Shown here: positions 9,582 through 18,303 of the stretch, piece by piece
How positions within the stretch are numbered: the stretch's first letter is position 1
Layout of the letters: each line of letters starts with the position of its first letter
Source: an uncultured Chloroflexia bacterium
GTDB taxonomy: Bacteria; Chloroflexota; Chloroflexia; Thermomicrobiales; UBA6265
Length of the DNA stretch: 64,000 bases
Reading direction: 5' to 3'
Assembly: GCA_963750275.1 (NCBI GenBank)
Contig: CAVVQC010000005.1
Location: 417,258 to 481,257, forward strand
Translations under genes and position numbers: made by a program
The notes under the pieces: generated by a model
The model's input: the letters and a program-made list of their open reading frames with translations, nothing else
Database searches by the model: none
Told to the model about the DNA's origin: nothing

Positions 9582-10058
9582 CTACCGGGACGCCGGACGT
9601 TCCCAGATGGTCTCCATACCGATTCCGCTGACCATATCGCGGAGAATAGTGTTCTCCTCGGCCAACAGTTTCAAGTATCCGGCGCGTGCCTGCTGCATCA
9701 GTTCGGCACCGCCAAGCTCGTCGCACCGTTCCAGCAGCCGCTTCAGCACGCCGGCCCGTTCGAACTCGCGCACCCGGTCGGCCCAGGGTGCCAGCGTGAT
9801 TTCGTCGGGAACGGGAAGCTCCGGACGCAACCGGCGGAAGGAAAGCAGCCGCTCTCTCGGCGTCGCGGTCATCCCGTCGACCATGACGGCGGGGTTGACT
9901 CCCTCCGCCGAACGAAAGTCGAGGATCATGGTGCTCCCGAGCCGCATGAAAAAGATGCTCATCACGAATGCATCGGCCAACGCCACCTTGAGCTGATCGG
10001 GATAGAACTGGTCTTCTTCGAAGCTCATGTCATAGTCGCTGTTCCAGAAATCATCCAT
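9582..10058 (-). CDS. hypothetical protein (no recognisable domain)
   Basis: This is an in-operon ORF. Its ATG at 10058 overlaps the suhB stop (ATGGATGA), which implies translational coupling. The composition looks protein-like. Confidence 0.55.
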   Translation of the reverse strand: MDDFWNSDYDMSFEEDQFYPDQLKVALADAFVMSIFFMRLGSTMILDFRSAEGVNPAVMVDGMTATPRERLLSFRRLRPELPVPDEITLAPWADRVREFERAGVLKRLLERCDELGGAELMQQARAGYLKLLAEENTILRDMVSGIGMETIWERPASR

Positions 10059-10854
10059 CGGCGCGAACCAGGCGGGTAATGTGTTCGGCAAGCTCTTGAT
10101 GGATGTGTCCATTGGAGCAAACGATCTCGCGGCGATAGGGGCCGAACGGTGTGCCGTCATACCCGGCAACCACACCGCCAGCTTCCTCGACCAGCAACGA
10201 TCCCGCGGCCAGATCCCACGCGTTGAGTGGGCGCTCCCAGTACCCGTCCAGCCGGCCGGCGGCGACATAGCAAAGATTCAGTGCTGCCGAACCGTTCCGC
10301 CGGGCGCCCTGCGCAAGAGTCAGGAACCCGGTCCAAACGCGCGCGTTCTCGGCACGTTCCTCTTCCGAATAGGCAAATCCAGTGCCAAGCAGCGACCGCT
10401 CCAGCGAATCGATACTGGAAACCGCGATGGGCGCGCCATTGAGGGTTGCCCCGCCGCCCCGTTCCGCGACAAAGAGCTCATCCAGCATGGGATCGTAGAC
10501 CACGCCCAGAATGACGCGGCCCGCGTATTCCAGGGCGATCGAAACCGCGAAGTGGGGAAAGCGATGCGCGTAATTCGTTGTGCCGTCGAGTGGATCGACC
10601 AACCAGGAGTAAAGATCTGAATCGCCCGGTGTATCGCCGGTAAGGAACGACGACTCCTCGCCAACAAATCGGTGATTGGGAAAGCGGCCGGTGATCGCCG
10701 CCGCGATTAGTTCTTCCGAGGCGCGGTCGACATCGGTGACCAGGTCGATCGCGCCTTTGAAATCGATGGTGCGGTCAAGCGATAACCGATCGCGCAGAAT
10801 TGTTCCTGCGGCCAACGCCGTTTCGACTGCTACTTCGCGCGCGCCGTCGGGCAT
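10051..10854 (-). CDS. suhB: inositol monophosphatase family protein
   Basis: The IMPase signature motifs DLVTDVDRASEE, WLVDPLDGTTNY and a C-terminal WDLAAG are present. Confidence 0.85.
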   Translation of the reverse strand: MPDGAREVAVETALAAGTILRDRLSLDRTIDFKGAIDLVTDVDRASEELIAAAITGRFPNHRFVGEESSFLTGDTPGDSDLYSWLVDPLDGTTNYAHRFPHFAVSIALEYAGRVILGVVYDPMLDELFVAERGGGATLNGAPIAVSSIDSLERSLLGTGFAYSEEERAENARVWTGFLTLAQGARRNGSAALNLCYVAAGRLDGYWERPLNAWDLAAGSLLVEEAGGVVAGYDGTPFGPYRREIVCSNGHIHQELAEHITRLVRADG

Positions 10855-10865
10855 CGCTCCAGTGA

Positions 10866-11960
10866 TCACGAGTTCGTTCCTCCAATTGGCAGGCGAGACG
10901 CCACGTCCAGCTCCCATCCTGCTTGTGCGCCCCGTCTGAGCGCGAAATATCCGGCTGCGGCCACCATAGCGGCATTGTCGGTACAGTAGTCCAACGCCGG
11001 CACCCGAAGCATAGCCCCAGATCGCGCCTCGATCTCAGCAGCTAACCGTGCTCGCAAAGACCGATTCGCGGCAACTCCTCCCGCGAGCACCACCTGCGGC
11101 ACATCCAGAAGGCGCGCCGCATTAGCTGTCTTCATCGATAAAACATCGACGATCGCTTCCTGAAAAGACGCCGCCAGGTCGGAAACTGGAAGTCCCTCAC
11201 GAAAGCGCGGGGGACGGTGCTTTCGAAACGGCACATCATCTTCTTGCTCAACGGAATCGTCTGGCAACCGATAAGGCTCGACCGCGCGTAGCAGGGCCGT
11301 CTTGAGTCCCGAAAAACTAAAGTCGTTGCTGCTCCCAAGCCAGGCACGGGGTAGCGCAAATGCATCGGTTCGACCATCGGCGGCGGCCTTCTGAATTGCT
11401 GGTCCGCCTGGGTAGCCCAGACCCAACAAGCGGGCGCCCTTGTCGAACGCCTCGCCAGCAGCATCGTCCAACGTGCGCCCGAGATGGGTATAGCGCCCAT
11501 GCCCGGTCATCAGCATGAGCTCGGTATGTCCCCCGGAAACCAGCAGCGCGAGCATCGGAAACTCGGGTTGGGTTACCGGTTCGCTCCCTGGGGACGTAAG
11601 CCAATTGGCATAGAGATGCGCTTCCAGATGATTGACTCCGACCAACGGAATAGATCGGGAGTAGGAAAGCGATTTGGCGAAGTTGACCCCAACCAGGAGT
11701 GACCCCGCCAGGCCGGGTCCGCAGGTAACGGCGATCGCATCGAGTTCGTCGAGCTCCACTTCCGCTTCTGCCAGCGCCGCTTCGACCACCGGAATAATGG
11801 CGGTCAATTGCGCGCGTGCCGCAAGCTCAGGCACCACCCCGCCATGGTCCTGGTGCAGCGCGATCTGCGACGAGACGACATTCGAGCGGACCACGCGACC
11901 GTCGAGCACGACCGCGGCGGAAGTTTCGTCACACGAGGTTTCGATCCCGAGCACGTTCAC
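10866..11960 (-). CDS. tsaD: tRNA N6-adenosine threonylcarbamoyltransferase
   Basis: VLGIETSCDETSAAVV...HQDHGGVVPELAAR...SGGHTEL is Kae1/TsaD. The GTG start overlaps the rimI stop (GTGA). Confidence 0.9.
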   Translation of the reverse strand: MNVLGIETSCDETSAAVVLDGRVVRSNVVSSQIALHQDHGGVVPELAARAQLTAIIPVVEAALAEAEVELDELDAIAVTCGPGLAGSLLVGVNFAKSLSYSRSIPLVGVNHLEAHLYANWLTSPGSEPVTQPEFPMLALLVSGGHTELMLMTGHGRYTHLGRTLDDAAGEAFDKGARLLGLGYPGGPAIQKAAADGRTDAFALPRAWLGSSNDFSFSGLKTALLRAVEPYRLPDDSVEQEDDVPFRKHRPPRFREGLPVSDLAASFQEAIVDVLSMKTANAARLLDVPQVVLAGGVAANRSLRARLAAEIEARSGAMLRVPALDYCTDNAAMVAAAGYFALRRGAQAGWELDVASRLPIGGTNS

Positions 11961-12670
11961 GAAACATTCCGATCGTCGATACGGCGGGATGCCCAAATCG
12001 GCGCGCTCTCCGGGACGGCGAGCACCCCTGCCAGGCGTTCGATCAACGCATGACGAAGCACGTTGACCTGTGCGAGATACGCATCGTCACGTAAGGAAGG
12101 GGACCACATCAGGTATGCGTCTTCGCCATTGTCAGAGTAGTAGCGCGGGCGGATTCCATGAATGCTGAACCCGTACTTCTCGTAGAGACGAATGGCGCCG
12201 TCGTTCGAAATGCGAACTTCCAGCGTCAACATATTCGCGCCCCGGCGAACCGATTCGTCCAGCAATCGGAGCAGCAAGGCCTCGCCGAGCCCGCGACCGC
12301 GATACGGCTCATCCACCCCGATGGTGGTGACATGCGCTTCGTCATAAAGCTGCCACATCCCGGCAAAACCAGAGATCGGTTGGGGCGCGGTCGGCGCCGC
12401 CGGATGCCGGCGGGAAAACGACAGCATCCCTAGCGCGCGCAGTCCGCGCCAGTTCTCCGCAAACTCATCGACGAACCGCTCGCGCGATTGCACCGAGTGC
12501 GCATCGGACCCGCGGAGCACCACGTAGTAGTTGTGATCGAGATGGCGCAGCTCGCGCCGATAGGCGGAGGCTGGCCAGGGATTGCTGAAGCAACGACGCT
12601 CGACCTTGCTCACCTCGGGGATGTCTTCCAGGCGCATGGGTTCGATCACAAACGGCAGCGCACGATTCAT
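11957..12670 (-). CDS. rimI: ribosomal-protein-alanine N-acetyltransferase (GNAT), unusually long
   Basis: The GNAT core (VDEPYRGRGLGEALL, IRLYEKYGF) sits between tsaB and tsaD. The ATG overlaps the tsaB stop (ATGA). Confidence 0.8.
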   Translation of the reverse strand: MNRALPFVIEPMRLEDIPEVSKVERRCFSNPWPASAYRRELRHLDHNYYVVLRGSDAHSVQSRERFVDEFAENWRGLRALGMLSFSRRHPAAPTAPQPISGFAGMWQLYDEAHVTTIGVDEPYRGRGLGEALLLRLLDESVRRGANMLTLEVRISNDGAIRLYEKYGFSIHGIRPRYYSDNGEDAYLMWSPSLRDDAYLAQVNVLRHALIERLAGVLAVPESAPIWASRRIDDRNVS

Positions 12671-13353
12671 GCCGTCATCGCTTTCTGTCGACCCCGACCG
12701 TGCGAATAGGTTGGCTCCAACGAGGCGGCGTCGTCGCGCTGGCCCGCCCGGAGACGAGTCCAACCGAGGCGCGCCATCTGCTCGACTCGAGCGCCGGCCG
12801 GGAGAACGATCGCATCGTCCAGGGGGAGCTCGGTTTCACTGATTACGATGGCGCCAAAGGTTGTTGCGGCAACCCGCAGCTCATCCACGGTCGTATTCAC
12901 TGGGCCTTCGATCGCGCTACCGCCTTCGTACCGGCTCCACACGACGCGACCGCGGCCAGCCGTCATGACCGCCAGCAACGGGCGATCCATCCAGGCAAAC
13001 TGCGCGGCGAGAGCTTCTGTCGTTGCAATGCCCAGCAACGGCACACCGAGCGAAAAGACCAATCCCTTGGCCATGCTGAGTCCTACTCGCAAGGCAGAGA
13101 ACGAACCCGGCCCGGTTCCCACGACGACACCATCGAGCTGGTAAAGCGGGATGCCGACAAGTCGCAAAAGGTGATCGAGTTGGGCGAGTGTATCGACCGT
13201 GTGGTTCCGGCGGGCGTTCCAGGCCAGCACGGTCGCGTCGACACCATCGAAGAGTGCTACGCCGGCACGGTCACTCGAGGTATCGATTGCTGCTACCCAA
13301 TATCGCGGGTCTGCAACCCGTTCACGCATCTGGTTAGTTGCCATGTGCATCAT
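12667..13353 (-). CDS. tsaB: tRNA threonylcarbamoyladenosine biosynthesis protein TsaB
   Basis: VAAIDTSSDRAGVAL...VVGTGPGSFSALRVGLSMAKG is the YeaZ/TsaB pattern. Confidence 0.85.
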   Translation of the reverse strand: MMHMATNQMRERVADPRYWVAAIDTSSDRAGVALFDGVDATVLAWNARRNHTVDTLAQLDHLLRLVGIPLYQLDGVVVGTGPGSFSALRVGLSMAKGLVFSLGVPLLGIATTEALAAQFAWMDRPLLAVMTAGRGRVVWSRYEGGSAIEGPVNTTVDELRVAATTFGAIVISETELPLDDAIVLPAGARVEQMARLGWTRLRAGQRDDAASLEPTYSHGRGRQKAMTA

Positions 13354-13483
13354 TCTGGTGTACTAATCTTAACCATCAAGAGCGTTTCAAAGTTTAACGG
13401 TGTCTTGACAAGGCAGACGACTGCCTTTCCGAGAATGACGCTTTCGGTCACCGATCGATTCTGGCACAAGCATCGAGGCTCAG

Positions 13484-14440
13484 TTGCAGGGATCTACGTC
13501 AATCACGCTGGAAAACACCAAGTCCGCCGACCAGGCTATTTCGGTCGAGCGTACTCGCCGCAAGCGTCCTCCATTTTCGGAATGGCTGCTCTTCCTGCTC
13601 TTCATCGCGCCGAACTTCATCCTTTTCGGCATCTTCACTTATTGGCCGATGATTCAAACCGCATACCTGAGCGGTGTGCGATGGGACATGATCTCGGCCA
13701 ACAAGCGCTGGGTCGGAGCCGACAACTACCGCTACCTCTGGAACGATGACACCTTCCGCCAGGTGCTGATGAATTCGCTCTGGTTCGCCATCGGCGCGGT
13801 CGGCGGGTCGTTGGTGCTTGGGCTCAGCATCGCCATGCTGCTGAATCAGAAACTGCGCTTTCGCAACTTTGCGCGAGCATCCGTCTTCATGCCGACACTG
13901 CTGAGCGGTGCCGCCATCGGTATCGTCTGGGTCTACATTTTCGACCCACGTTATGGCATTCTGGCTGGTTTCCTGAAAGTTTTCGGCGTCAACTCTCCCG
14001 CCTGGCTGGGAGATACCAAATGGGCGCTACCGGCGGTCATCATCGTTTACATCTGGAAGAATGTCGGTTTGGCGACCATCATCTTCCTGGCCGGATTGCA
14101 AAGCATTCCTCGCGATCTTTACGAGGCGGCCACGGTCGATGGCGCCGGGCGGATGAGCAAGTTCCGCGCTGTCACGTTGCCGATGCTCTCTCCCATCATG
14201 TTCTTCGTCGTGGTGACGTCGATTCTCAATTCGTTCCAGGCATTCGACATCATCAATGTCATGACCCGTGGCGGTCCCGTCGATGCCACCAATATCCTCG
14301 TCTACTACATCTATCAGCAAGGGTTCGTGGCATTCAACGCTGGCCGGGCAGGCGCGGCCAGCATGGTGCTCTTCGTGGTCATGTTGGCAATAACGCTGAT
14401 CCAGCTGCGCTACTCGGAACGCAAGGTGCACTATGGCTAG
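13484..14440 (+). CDS. carbohydrate ABC transporter permease (MalF/UgpA type)
   Basis: It is a multi-TM ORF with the EAA loop LYEAATVDGAGRMSKFRAVTLP. Confidence 0.85.
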   Translation: MQGSTSITLENTKSADQAISVERTRRKRPPFSEWLLFLLFIAPNFILFGIFTYWPMIQTAYLSGVRWDMISANKRWVGADNYRYLWNDDTFRQVLMNSLWFAIGAVGGSLVLGLSIAMLLNQKLRFRNFARASVFMPTLLSGAAIGIVWVYIFDPRYGILAGFLKVFGVNSPAWLGDTKWALPAVIIVYIWKNVGLATIIFLAGLQSIPRDLYEAATVDGAGRMSKFRAVTLPMLSPIMFFVVVTSILNSFQAFDIINVMTRGGPVDATNILVYYIYQQGFVAFNAGRAGAASMVLFVVMLAITLIQLRYSERKVHYG

Positions 14441-15305
14441 CGTTCAATACGAACATCCCAACAAGAAGGCCGTCAAGATCGATACCGTTCAGGTTCTGTC
14501 GTACCTGGCAATGGTGGTGGTGGTCATTCTCATTCTGGTGCCGATCTTCTGGATGCTCTCGGGTTCGCTGAAGACGAACCAGGAAATCATGAAGTTCCCA
14601 CCGCAGTGGCTCCCGACAAATCCGCAATGGCACAACTACCCGGATGCGTGGAAAGCGGCGCCATTTGGCCGGTTTTACGTCAACACCATCATCACGACCC
14701 TTGCGGGGACGTCCCTCGAGCTGACCAACGCCTGCCTGACAGCGTATGCGCTCGCCTTCCTGCGCTTCCCATTCAAGAATCTGATCTTCATTCTGTTGCT
14801 GGCTGCACTCATGATCCCGCAGCAGGTGACGATCATCCCGAACTATCTGACAATTTCCGATATTCTCGGCCAAAACTGGATCAATACCTACCAGGGCATT
14901 GTGATCCCGGGCGCGTCTGTGGCGGTGGGAACCTTCCTGCTGCGACAAGCATTCATGTCCTTGCCGCGAGAGGTCATCGACGCCGCCAGGGTCGATGGCG
15001 CCAATCACCTGCAACTGCTCTGGCAGATGGTGATCCCCATGTCGAAACCGGTATTGGTGACCTTTGGGTTGATTTCGCTGGTCGCCAAATGGAACGACTA
15101 TCTCTGGCCGCTCATCGCAACCAACCAGGACCGGATGCGGACCCTCTCGGTTGGCATCTCCTATCTCTACAACCCGGAATCGGTCATCCGTTGGGGACCG
15201 CTACTGGCAGGAACGTTCTTTGTCATTGCGCCGCTGATCATCGTCTATCTTTGGGCGCAGAAGCACATCATCGAAGGGATTACCGCCGGCGCCACCAAAA
15301 GCTAG
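14433..15305 (+). CDS. carbohydrate ABC transporter permease (MalG/UgpE type)
   Basis: It has the EAA loop IDAARVDGANHLQLLWQMVIP. The ATG overlaps the upstream stop. Confidence 0.85.
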   Translation: MASVQYEHPNKKAVKIDTVQVLSYLAMVVVVILILVPIFWMLSGSLKTNQEIMKFPPQWLPTNPQWHNYPDAWKAAPFGRFYVNTIITTLAGTSLELTNACLTAYALAFLRFPFKNLIFILLLAALMIPQQVTIIPNYLTISDILGQNWINTYQGIVIPGASVAVGTFLLRQAFMSLPREVIDAARVDGANHLQLLWQMVIPMSKPVLVTFGLISLVAKWNDYLWPLIATNQDRMRTLSVGISYLYNPESVIRWGPLLAGTFFVIAPLIIVYLWAQKHIIEGITAGATKS

Positions 15306-15414
15306 GCGCCCCCAACCAACCTTGAATGCAGCCGCGCTATGAGGGCCCTTGCAGCGCGTGAGGCAGAAAGCCAACGCGAGCCAGATTTTTGGCTCGAATT
15401 GCGAAAGGATCGAA

Positions 15415-16737
15415 ATGAGCACAATCAATCGACGCACGCTCTTGAAAGGATCGGCCGCTGCCGCGGCTGCGACCGGGGTAACGGTGGCGAGCAAGCGCTC
15501 CAGCTTCGCAGCCCCGGCGTTCCTGCAAGGCGAAAAGACCAAGATTGTTTACTGGGGATCGTTCACGGATCAGCTCGGCGAGGCAGAAAAGCAGCTCTGC
15601 GCAAATTTCAACGACGCGCAGACAGAGGTTGAGCTCGAGTACCAGTTCCAGGGCAACTATGAGGAGACCGCGCAGAAGCTGACCGCCGCCCTCGCAGCCA
15701 AGCAGACGCCGGATGTCTCATTGCTTTCCGATGTCTGGTGGTTCAAGTTCTATCTGAACGGCGCATTGGCTCCGATGACCGATCTCTTCGCCGCCAACTC
15801 GATCGACACCAGCGACTATGTCGACTCGCTCTTCAACGAGGGCGTGCGGGACGGCGTCAACTACTGGGTGCCGATGGCACGCTCCACGCCGCTCTTTTAC
15901 TACAACCGCGAGCTCTTCGACGGTGTTGGCCTGCCAGACGGCCCCGCCACCTGGGACGATCTGACGGCGGTCGCGCAAGAGCTGGTCACCAAAGACGGGG
16001 ACACCATCACGCGCTCGGCCTTCGCCCACCCGAACGGCGCTTCCTACATTGCCTGGCTCTTCCAGGCAGTGATCTGGCAGTTCGACGGCGCTTACTCGGA
16101 TCCCGATTTCAACATCCTGATCAACCAGGAGAATGGCGTCAACGCGGGCAACTTCTACCGAAGCTCGGTGCTGGACGGTTGGGCCACCACCCCGGACAAC
16201 GTCACGACCGACTTCGTGAATGGATACACCGCATCGATCATGGCCTCCACCGGCAGCCTCGGCGGCATCCAGCAGGACGCCACGTTCGAGTTCGGCACCA
16301 GCTTCCTGCCGGAGGAACTGTCGTTCGGTTGCTGCACCGGTGGCGCGGGCCTGGCTATTCTGGCTGACAAGAGCCCAGAGCAGCAGGAAGCCGCCTTCAA
16401 GTTCGTTTCATGGGCGACATCACCGGAGCAAACCGAATGGTGGTCTCAGACCACTGGCTACATGCCAGTCCGTAAGTCGGCCATCGAGAGCGAGACGATG
16501 CAAGGGTTCTTCGAGGAGAATCCGAACTTCAAAACCGCGGTCGAGCAGCTTCCGAAGACAAAAGCCCAGGATTCGGCTCGCGTCTTCATCCCCAACGGTG
16601 ACCAGATCATCGGCAAGGGCTTGGAGCGGATCACCGTCCAGGGAGAAGAAGTTCAGCCGGTCTTCGACGACGTGGCCAAGACACTCACCGAAGAGGCCCA
16701 GCCGGTGCTGGAAGCTCTCGACGCCCTTCAGGGATAG
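15415..16737 (+). CDS. extracellular solute-binding protein (family 1, sugar/glycerol-3-P type) with Tat signal
   Basis: MSTINRRTLLKGSAAAAAATG is a Tat motif. The ATG at 15415 follows AAAGGA. The rest is SBP_bac_1-like. Confidence 0.85.
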   Translation: MSTINRRTLLKGSAAAAAATGVTVASKRSSFAAPAFLQGEKTKIVYWGSFTDQLGEAEKQLCANFNDAQTEVELEYQFQGNYEETAQKLTAALAAKQTPDVSLLSDVWWFKFYLNGALAPMTDLFAANSIDTSDYVDSLFNEGVRDGVNYWVPMARSTPLFYYNRELFDGVGLPDGPATWDDLTAVAQELVTKDGDTITRSAFAHPNGASYIAWLFQAVIWQFDGAYSDPDFNILINQENGVNAGNFYRSSVLDGWATTPDNVTTDFVNGYTASIMASTGSLGGIQQDATFEFGTSFLPEELSFGCCTGGAGLAILADKSPEQQEAAFKFVSWATSPEQTEWWSQTTGYMPVRKSAIESETMQGFFEENPNFKTAVEQLPKTKAQDSARVFIPNGDQIIGKGLERITVQGEEVQPVFDDVAKTLTEEAQPVLEALDALQG

Positions 16738-16753
16738 CAGACATTTCGATCAG

Positions 16754-16779
16754 GGGAGACGGCAAAAACGCCGTCTCCC
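16754..16779. terminator. hairpin terminator between the convergent SBP gene and tsaE
   Basis: GGGAGACGGC-AAAAAC-GCCGTCTCCC is followed by TTGTCATTC. Confidence 0.55.
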
Positions 16780-16810
16780 TTGTCATTCAATCCGGGCAGG
16801 ACGAGCGAGG

Positions 16811-17272
16811 TTAGGGCAACACGCGAAAGCGGGTGCCAAGATTCACCGGTCGGAGACGGATGGTACGCCGGTCAGGACCAGAGGGATCGAGCTCGACCAA
16901 GAGGTACGCCTCTGGAAGCGTATCGGCAGCGCGTTCGGGCCATTCGATCAGCGTGATGGCTTCGGGATCACCTATGAGATCGTCGAAGCCCAGTGTTTCC
17001 AGCTCGGCAGGATCGTCCAACCGATAGAGATCGATATGGCGCAGCACCGTCCCATCCGCTAAATCGTTTTCGACCACCAGCGAGAAGGTCGGGCTTTGCA
17101 TCAGTTGTGGGATGCCCAGCGCGGCGCCAACACCCTGGGTGAGGGTGGTCTTGCCAGCACCGAGATCGCCATGCAGCAGAACGACGTCACCCGGTTCGAG
17201 CTGCGCGGCGATGCGCACCCCAAGCGCCTGGGTTTCCGCTGCGGACAGGGTCTCGAAGATCAGATCGCTCAT
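16811..17272 (-). CDS. tsaE: tRNA t6A37 biosynthesis ATPase TsaE
   Basis: It contains the YjeE/TsaE P-loop LHGDLGAGKTTLTQG and is about 150 aa long. Confidence 0.85.
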   Translation of the reverse strand: MSDLIFETLSAAETQALGVRIAAQLEPGDVVLLHGDLGAGKTTLTQGVGAALGIPQLMQSPTFSLVVENDLADGTVLRHIDLYRLDDPAELETLGFDDLIGDPEAITLIEWPERAADTLPEAYLLVELDPSGPDRRTIRLRPVNLGTRFRVLP

Positions 17273-18303
17273 ACAGTCACTTCAGGGGGGAACGTCAGGA
17301 CTGCCCCCCGAACCGAGATCCGCACATCGTCACCCGGCTGAAAACCCGAATAGGCGTTCGTCCGCGCACGCACCAGGGTGCCATCAGCGAGGATGCAATC
17401 CAGGAGCTGATCGTGCCCGAAGAAAAACCGGGAGCGGATAGACGCGGGGGCTCCTCCCGCTTCGGTCGCGAGCGCGAGTCGCAGGATCTCCGGACGAACC
17501 ATGACATCGACCGGTCCGTTGGCTGGATTGACCGACGGCAGCCGACCCAGCGCACAGGTCACGACCCGCCCCTCGCTCGTTCCCGCCAAAAATTGCGCTT
17601 CACCAACGAACTCCGCTATCCGACGGGATGCCGGTCGCAGATAGAGCTCGTCCGGGCGGGCGATCTGCAGAATACGTCCCTCCCACATCACGGCCACCCG
17701 GTCGGCCAGGCTCAACGCTTCTTCCTGATCGTGCGTGACCAGCAGCGCGGTCACGCCGGACTGCTTCAGGATGATCTGCACATCGGTTCGCAGACGCACG
17801 CGCAGGGCAGCGTCGAGACTGGAAAAGGGCTCATCCAGCAAGATAACCGCTGGCTGTGGCGCAAGCGCGCGTGCCAGCGCGACACGTTGCTGCTGGCCGC
17901 CAGAAAGCTGATGCGGCAAGCGCTTCCCACTTCCTTCGAGACCCACCAACGCCAGCGCCTCGGCCACGCGGCGATCACGATCCCCGTGTCTGAGACCAAA
18001 CGCCACGTTCTGCGCAACGGTGAGATGGGGAAAGAGCGCTCCATCCTGGAAGACCATGCCTACCTTGCGCTGTTCGGGGGGCACCGAGTGGGTGGCGTCG
18101 GAAACTCGCACGCCAGCAATATCGATCGAGCCGCTATCGGGATCCTCGAATCCGGCAACCATACGCAATGCGGTCGTTTTGCCACAGCCACTTGGGCCGA
18201 GCAACGCCAGGATCTCGCCATCGTCGATCTCGAGGTCAACTCGATCGACCGCACAGACCGACCCGAAGTTCCGGGAAATACCTTTCAGCGCAAGCGCGGT
18301 CAT
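17269..18303 (-). CDS. ABC transporter ATP-binding protein (Fe3+/polyamine importer type)
   Basis: It has Walker A GPSGCGKTT, the signature LSGGQQQRVALARAL, Walker B ILLDEPFS and a C-terminal TOBE-like domain. Confidence 0.85.
   Translation of the reverse strand: MTALALKGISRNFGSVCAVDRVDLEIDDGEILALLGPSGCGKTTALRMVAGFEDPDSGSIDIAGVRVSDATHSVPPEQRKVGMVFQDGALFPHLTVAQNVAFGLRHGDRDRRVAEALALVGLEGSGKRLPHQLSGGQQQRVALARALAPQPAVILLDEPFSSLDAALRVRLRTDVQIILKQSGVTALLVTHDQEEALSLADRVAVMWEGRILQIARPDELYLRPASRRIAEFVGEAQFLAGTSEGRVVTCALGRLPSVNPANGPVDVMVRPEILRLALATEAGGAPASIRSRFFFGHDQLLDCILADGTLVRARTNAYSGFQPGDDVRISVRGAVLTFPPEVTV

Noticed and set aside
13406-13437. TTGACA ... GAGAAT promoter-like pair plus inverted repeat AAGGCAG-ACGA-CTGCCTT upstream of the sugar ABC operon.
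   Set aside because: The spacer between the hexamers is 20 nt, which is too long for a standard sigma70 promoter. The inverted repeat is short (7 bp) and unsupported by a second copy.
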